Positions 8,085 through 11,678 of a stretch of DNA of 11,678 nucleotides are shown one piece after another. The first letter of the stretch is position 1; the number at the start of each line of letters is the position of its first letter. Source of the DNA: Oligoflexia bacterium (GTDB lineage: Bacteria > Bdellovibrionota > Bdellovibrionia > JABDDW01). Location of the stretch: positions 1 through 11,678 of the forward strand of contig JAYTHU010000146.1 of the NCBI GenBank assembly GCA_043732305.1, given 5' to 3'. Below the pieces are notes generated by a model that was not told where the DNA came from, ran no database searches, and worked only from the letters and a program-made list of their open reading frames with translations. The position numbers were made by a program, and so were the translations under genes.

Positions 8085-8100
8085 TGGCAGAGACATTGCT
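8085..8100 (+). promoter_or_regulatory. Sigma54 (RpoN) -24/-12 promoter for the S8-PilZ gene
   Basis: TGGCAGAGACATTGCT against consensus TGGCACRNNNNTTGCW: one mismatch, GG (8086-8087) and GC (8098-8099) at exact spacing. Inferred start about 8111, upstream of RBS AAGGGG (8119-8124) and GTG 8133. Confidence 0.72.
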
Positions 8101-8132
8101 AATTAGAAGGTAATGGGGAAGGGGTAAAACAA

Positions 8133-10064
8133 GTGAAACTTAGGGGATATGGTACGTTCATTCGTGACCTCTATGGACTTATCGTTGGGGGATTTATATT
8201 CCTTCTTTGCATGAGCGTCTCCCAAGCTGACGATAGCATCCAGCTTTACCATGGGAAAAAAATTCGCTCCGGTGAGTTTCTTGTTAAGCTTCGAAATCCT
8301 CTCGATAGCAAAGTTCGCATTTCTAATGCTTCAACTCAAAATTTCATGAGCAACGTTGGCCAGAAACATCATCTGAAATTAGTGAAAAGTTTTAGCGGAA
8401 TCAACCTTCATCACATGAAGATGGATCCTCAAGATTTAGCAGTGGTAAAAGACGCCGACGATTTAATGTCGAGTCTCAAATCGGACAACCCAGAAATCTC
8501 ATATATCGAACCTGACTACATCGTTGAAAAACTCACCACTCCCGAGCCAAATCAAGCTTTCAGCACGGAAGTGAGCGAAACCTACACTCTAAATCAAGTG
8601 TTGAGCTTTATTGGTCAAAGTTATGGAATCACGTCGGTTCCGATTCAAGCGCAAACAAGTTGGACTGTTCTCTCCACGACATCGCCTTCGGTGACCGTGG
8701 CCGTGATAGATACGGGTATAGATTTTAATCACACGGCTCTCAGTCGGTCCATTTGGACTAACACTGGTGAAGTCGCAAATAATGGGGTGGATGATGATCG
8801 CAACGGTTATGTCGATGATGTTCATGGTTGGAATTTTGTGTCTCACAACAACGCGCCCCAAGATGATAATGGTCACGGCACGCACGTCTCGGGAATAGTC
8901 GTAGGTACTGGGAATAATATTTTTGCCGCGCCAAATGCGCCAACCACCATTCAAATCATGCCTCTAAAATTTTTGGATTCAAATGGTGCTGGCGCTACTT
9001 CCGATGCGATCAACGCAATTTACTACGCTGCCAATAACGGGGCGCATATTATCAATAATTCTTGGGGTGGTGGTGCTTACAGCACGGCTCTGGTTGAGGC
9101 GATTGCTTACGCTTATACAAAAGATGCACTCTTTGTGGCAGCTGCAGGGAACGCTTCTATCAACAATGACTCTTCGCCAAATTATCCTTCGAGTTACACT
9201 GTTCCTAATGTCATTGCCGTTGCTGCAAGTGACACCAACGACAATCTCGCCTACTTCAGTAATTTTGGGCACGGTTCCGTTGCTCTCTCCGCACCAGGGG
9301 TAAGTATTTTGAGCACCTGGCTTGGAAATGCTTATGCTTATTTATCTGGAACCAGCATGGCCACACCGTTTGTTTCAGGGGCGGCGGCGCTTATGAAGTA
9401 TCAAACCCCACAAATGAACTCTTATCAAATCAGTCAGCTCGTTGCTCTGGGAGTAAATAAATCTTCGGCTCTCACATCTGTCACCTCAAGTGGTGGTCGA
9501 TTGAACGTTTTAAACGCCGTGAATCTTTCTATGTCTGCAACGGTGAGTAGCACTCAGCCTTCATACACAGTGACAATCAGCAATAATGACCGTGAACTTG
9601 CGAGTGCTTTTGCAAATCAGGGATCTGGTTGTGGAAGTGTAGGACGTATTGTTGAAGATCAAGCGAAGCTTCGTGGCATAATCGTTTCTCTTGGACTTAT
9701 TTTACTGCCGGTTTTCTTTGTGATGGCGATGCGAGAAAAAGCTCCTGAAGGTGCTGCTCGACGTAAATTCGATCGCTATTCTATGAATAGCAAAATGATT
9801 CTCAAAATTGGTGATCAAGAACTCGAAGGCGCAATCAAAACCATCTCTATGGGTGGTTCTGAAATCAACACGAGTGCGCTTCTCAAGAATGGTTCCATCA
9901 TCAACATGGTTATCTCAAGTCCCGACGGTCGAGAGAAGATTGAAGTGCAGGGAAATATTGTGTGGAGTGAGAGTCAGAAACGTTACGGCGTGGCATTCAG
10001 CAACGTCTCTGAGGCCGTCAAAGCTCAGATTGGCCAGTGGCAGCAGGCGCTCCAAAAAGTTTGA
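8133..10064 (+). CDS. Exported S8 (subtilisin-family) serine protease with propeptide, C-terminal TM helix and PilZ-like domain
   Basis: Signal peptide (VSQA/DD, about residue 32); propeptide (GEFLVKL...YIEPDYIV); triad D193 (VAVIDTG), H248 (HGTHVSG), S408 (GTSMATP); oxyanion N340; DDDRNGYVDDVHGWNF insert; GSGC500GS; TM about 515-533; RRKFDR (543-548), TISMGG (570-575), IVW...YGVAF. Confidence 0.92.
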   Translation: MKLRGYGTFIRDLYGLIVGGFIFLLCMSVSQADDSIQLYHGKKIRSGEFLVKLRNPLDSKVRISNASTQNFMSNVGQKHHLKLVKSFSGINLHHMKMDPQDLAVVKDADDLMSSLKSDNPEISYIEPDYIVEKLTTPEPNQAFSTEVSETYTLNQVLSFIGQSYGITSVPIQAQTSWTVLSTTSPSVTVAVIDTGIDFNHTALSRSIWTNTGEVANNGVDDDRNGYVDDVHGWNFVSHNNAPQDDNGHGTHVSGIVVGTGNNIFAAPNAPTTIQIMPLKFLDSNGAGATSDAINAIYYAANNGAHIINNSWGGGAYSTALVEAIAYAYTKDALFVAAAGNASINNDSSPNYPSSYTVPNVIAVAASDTNDNLAYFSNFGHGSVALSAPGVSILSTWLGNAYAYLSGTSMATPFVSGAAALMKYQTPQMNSYQISQLVALGVNKSSALTSVTSSGGRLNVLNAVNLSMSATVSSTQPSYTVTISNNDRELASAFANQGSGCGSVGRIVEDQAKLRGIIVSLGLILLPVFFVMAMREKAPEGAARRKFDRYSMNSKMILKIGDQELEGAIKTISMGGSEINTSALLKNGSIINMVISSPDGREKIEVQGNIVWSESQKRYGVAFSNVSEAVKAQIGQWQQALQKV

Positions 10065-10089
10065 CAACTCTCATGGGGCTCCATAAGGT
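10061..10089 (+). promoter_or_regulatory. Putative internal sigma70 promoter for the CDO gene
   Basis: TTGACA (10061-10066, overlapping the protease TGA), 17 nt, TAAGGT (10084-10089), 6 nt, ATG 10096. Confidence 0.55.
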
Positions 10090-10095
10090 AAAATT

Positions 10096-10584
10096 ATGAA
10101 TCCCACTTTTTTGAAAAAAATTAATATCGAAAAGATGAAAGCCGACGGTCATAGTTATGATCTTGTTGAGCTTGAAAAAATCTTAGGTGGCGGTTTGACA
10201 TTTGAAGACGTGCAACCTTGGGTGAGTTTCACCGAAGCAAAATACGCTCGCAATCTGATTTATAAAAACGAAAATTTTGAAATTCTTTGTATTTGTTGGA
10301 AACCTGGTCAACGTTCATCAATCCACGATCACACTGGTTCAAATTGTGGTGCCGTGGTGATGCAAGGGACTTGTCGCGAATCATTCTACGAGTGCAAGGA
10401 TCCATCCAAAAAATGCGCTAGCCCGAAACGAGCTAGCGTGACATGTGAAGTGGGGGCGATCATGTGTTCTGGTCCTGGTGATATTCACCGTATTGAAAAT
10501 CCCACAGAGCAAAATCTGGTCAGTATTCATATCTATTCGCCGCCTCTTGTGAACTACGTTGAGTTCGAAGAATCTGCGGATTAA
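10096..10584 (+). CDS. Cysteine dioxygenase type I family cupin (Arg-type)
   Basis: YARNLI (Y50, R52), CWKPGQRSSIHDH (H77, H79), IHRIEN (H131), SIHIYSPP (S143, H145, Y147): 3-His metal triad plus Ser-His-Tyr triad. Confidence 0.9.
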   Translation: MNPTFLKKINIEKMKADGHSYDLVELEKILGGGLTFEDVQPWVSFTEAKYARNLIYKNENFEILCICWKPGQRSSIHDHTGSNCGAVVMQGTCRESFYECKDPSKKCASPKRASVTCEVGAIMCSGPGDIHRIENPTEQNLVSIHIYSPPLVNYVEFEESAD

Positions 10585-10628
10585 AATTTCTTAAAAAATT
10601 AATCGGTCATCAGCTCGTCGCTCTTGAG

Positions 10629-11099
10629 TTACGGTGTTCCCCATTTGTAAGCGCTGACTTCGCCGGTGGTGCTGATTCCTTGCTCAATGTTTATTTCTTT
10701 CACTAATCCAAATGGAACATCGCCAATCCAAGCAGTAGGTGAGTTGGGCTGAGAGAGTTTGCACGTTTTGAATGTTCCTGCTTTAACGGTGATCGTGTCG
10801 TTGGTTCCGATTTGTGTGCAATCGTCGAGAAGACCTTTGGAGAATTCGCGCGAGATGACGGTTGAGGTTTCGTCATACACTTTCACTTTTCCTTGGAAGT
10901 TTAAAATGGTGTGGACGATCCATTGTTGTTGTCCACTGACTTGATCAATCGGACCTTTTGCAGTGACTGTGCTGTTCATCACATAAGCTTCGCCATTTTG
11001 AATGCCTTCGTAAGTCACCTGATCTCCGATGCTGGCCATTGCCAAACTTGGTGCCAAAATCGTAATACTTATAGCTGCAGAAATTAAAATTGCTTTCAT
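10629..11099 (-). CDS. Secreted hypothetical protein (156 aa, beta-rich)
   Basis: Start reassigned to ATG 11099 (GGGGGA at 11108..11103). Sec signal MKAILISAAISITILAPSLAMA/S; two Cys; TITVKAGTFKTC and WIGDVPFGLVK motifs. Confidence 0.8.
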   Translation of the reverse strand: MKAILISAAISITILAPSLAMASIGDQVTYEGIQNGEAYVMNSTVTAKGPIDQVSGQQQWIVHTILNFQGKVKVYDETSTVISREFSKGLLDDCTQIGTNDTITVKAGTFKTCKLSQPNSPTAWIGDVPFGLVKEINIEQGISTTGEVSAYKWGTP

Positions 11100-11330
11100 A
11101 CGTCCCCCAATAGTTTTTGATTCAATTTTAAACGGTGGGGGCATCAAACCAAAGCGGTATGTGGGTTTCAGGGCTTCTTCTAAACTATAGTCGGGCACTC
11201 GAGAGGCTTTTCATTTTCAAATCGTATGTTGGTTTGCTTATATCAATGGCAGTGGATATCGAAGTGAGAAGAACCAAAGATAGTTAGAATTATGGCCAGT
11301 GATTAGCAACAAAGACATAGCTAATTACTG

Positions 11331-11417
11331 TGGTGGCCTCTCCGAGAATCGAACTCGGACGAGCTTGCGCTCGGTAGATTTTGAGTCTACTGCGTCTACC
11401 AGTTCCGCCAAAAGGCC
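11331..11417 (-). tRNA. tRNA-Leu, anticodon CAA (87 nt, long variable arm, CCA encoded)
   Basis: Folded by hand: acceptor GGCCTTT/AGAGGCC, D arm GCG-GAACTGGTAGA-CGC, anticodon arm GTAGA-CTCAAAA-TCTAC, variable arm GAGC-GCAA-GCTC, T arm CCGAG-TTCGATT-CTCGG, 3' ACCA. Confidence 0.98.
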
Positions 11418-11441
11418 AAAAGACATAGGTTTGAACTCAGC

Positions 11442-11471
11442 AATATAACTAGAATCTGACCGGTACATCAA
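11442..11471 (-). promoter_or_regulatory. Putative sigma70 promoter for tRNA-Leu
   Basis: Minus strand TTGATG (11471..11466), 18 nt, TATATT (11447..11442), preceded by a T-rich tract and ending 24 nt before the tRNA 5' end. Confidence 0.55.
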
Positions 11472-11678
11472 TAGAAAAAAGTTTGCCGCCTAAAAATATA
11501 ATCCCGTAAAAGATCGCATTCCCTCAAAAGAATATGACTTAAAGAGTGATTAGAAACTTGAATTGCAAAAGATTGATTTTACCTCGTGGTTCTCCGTAAT
11601 TAACTGGGGGGTCAGATATAAGAAATTCAAAATTGTCCATCCGAGGCCTTTATGTTTTGATTTGGTTGCAAGACTAAA

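Noticed and set aside
7838..8132. CRISPR array or structured ncRNA in the ppiD-protease gap
   Set aside because: No repeat-spacer periodicity or cas genes; the elements fit a promoter region better. An Rfam scan would be needed to exclude an ncRNA formally.
2132..9303. Short alternative-frame and antisense ORFs inside rodA, mrdA, mreD, mreC, ppiD and the protease (e.g. 2868..3374, 6323..6673, 8589..8954, 8983..9303)
   Set aside because: Nested in well-supported genes, with no recognisable motifs.
9808..10086. 92-aa alternative-frame ORF over the PilZ region, as a possible frameshift or separate gene
   Set aside because: The PilZ motifs are in frame with the protease; the alternative frame has no recognisable features.
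1290..10584. A thiol-redox module of TrxA, Cys-ligated PBP2 and CDO
   Set aside because: Different transcription units and compartments; proximity is the only link.
98..11122. 13-bp inverted match AATCAAAAACTAT (98-110) and ATAGTTTTTGATT (11110-11122) as element ends
   Set aside because: AT-rich match of a length expected by chance in 11.7 kb; one copy is in a CDS; encloses core genes; no transposase.
11184..11220. Sigma28- or sigma70-like promoter for the secreted protein (TGAA...CCCGACTA; TTGAAA...TATAGT)
   Set aside because: Spacing and matches are off consensus for both.
11331..11417. tRNA-Leu(CAA) as the integration site of an island
   Set aside because: No integrase and no duplicated tRNA 3' end seen; the only match noticed is GGTGGCCT (8 nt) inside trxA, which is chance level.
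11550..11678. Possible 3' end of a - strand gene entering from the right edge (FSLATKSKHKGLGWTIL...SSF*)
   Set aside because: About 42 codons with no motif, and another frame is also briefly open; needs flanking sequence.

Overview
Bacterial chromosomal window, probably from a Bdellovibrionota or related deltaproteobacterium. This is inferred from gene content: mreCD-mrdA-rodA without mreB, a REC/PatA-N/MshEN-like protein, a PilZ-fused subtilase and a small secreted 'ITVxAGTF' protein. Left to right: a response regulator that runs off the left edge and is missing from the ORF track (-); trxA (+); a translationally coupled elongasome operon mreC-mreD-mrdA-rodA (-); a divergent PpiD/SurA-type foldase (+); a 295-bp intergenic region with three perfect inverted repeats/palindromes, an IHF consensus and a sigma54-type -24/-12 promoter; a signal peptide-S8 protease-GCG-TM-PilZ gene (+); a cysteine dioxygenase (+); a secreted hypothetical protein (-); and tRNA-Leu(CAA) (-). 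The most interesting candidate is the exported subtilase tethered through one TM helix to a cytoplasmic PilZ domain, with a CTERM-like Cys motif in an internal position and apparent sigma54 control. The CDO also keeps the mammalian-type Cys-Tyr crosslink residues. I saw no mobile element, CRISPR array or prophage. All calls come from reading motifs by eye; no searches were run.
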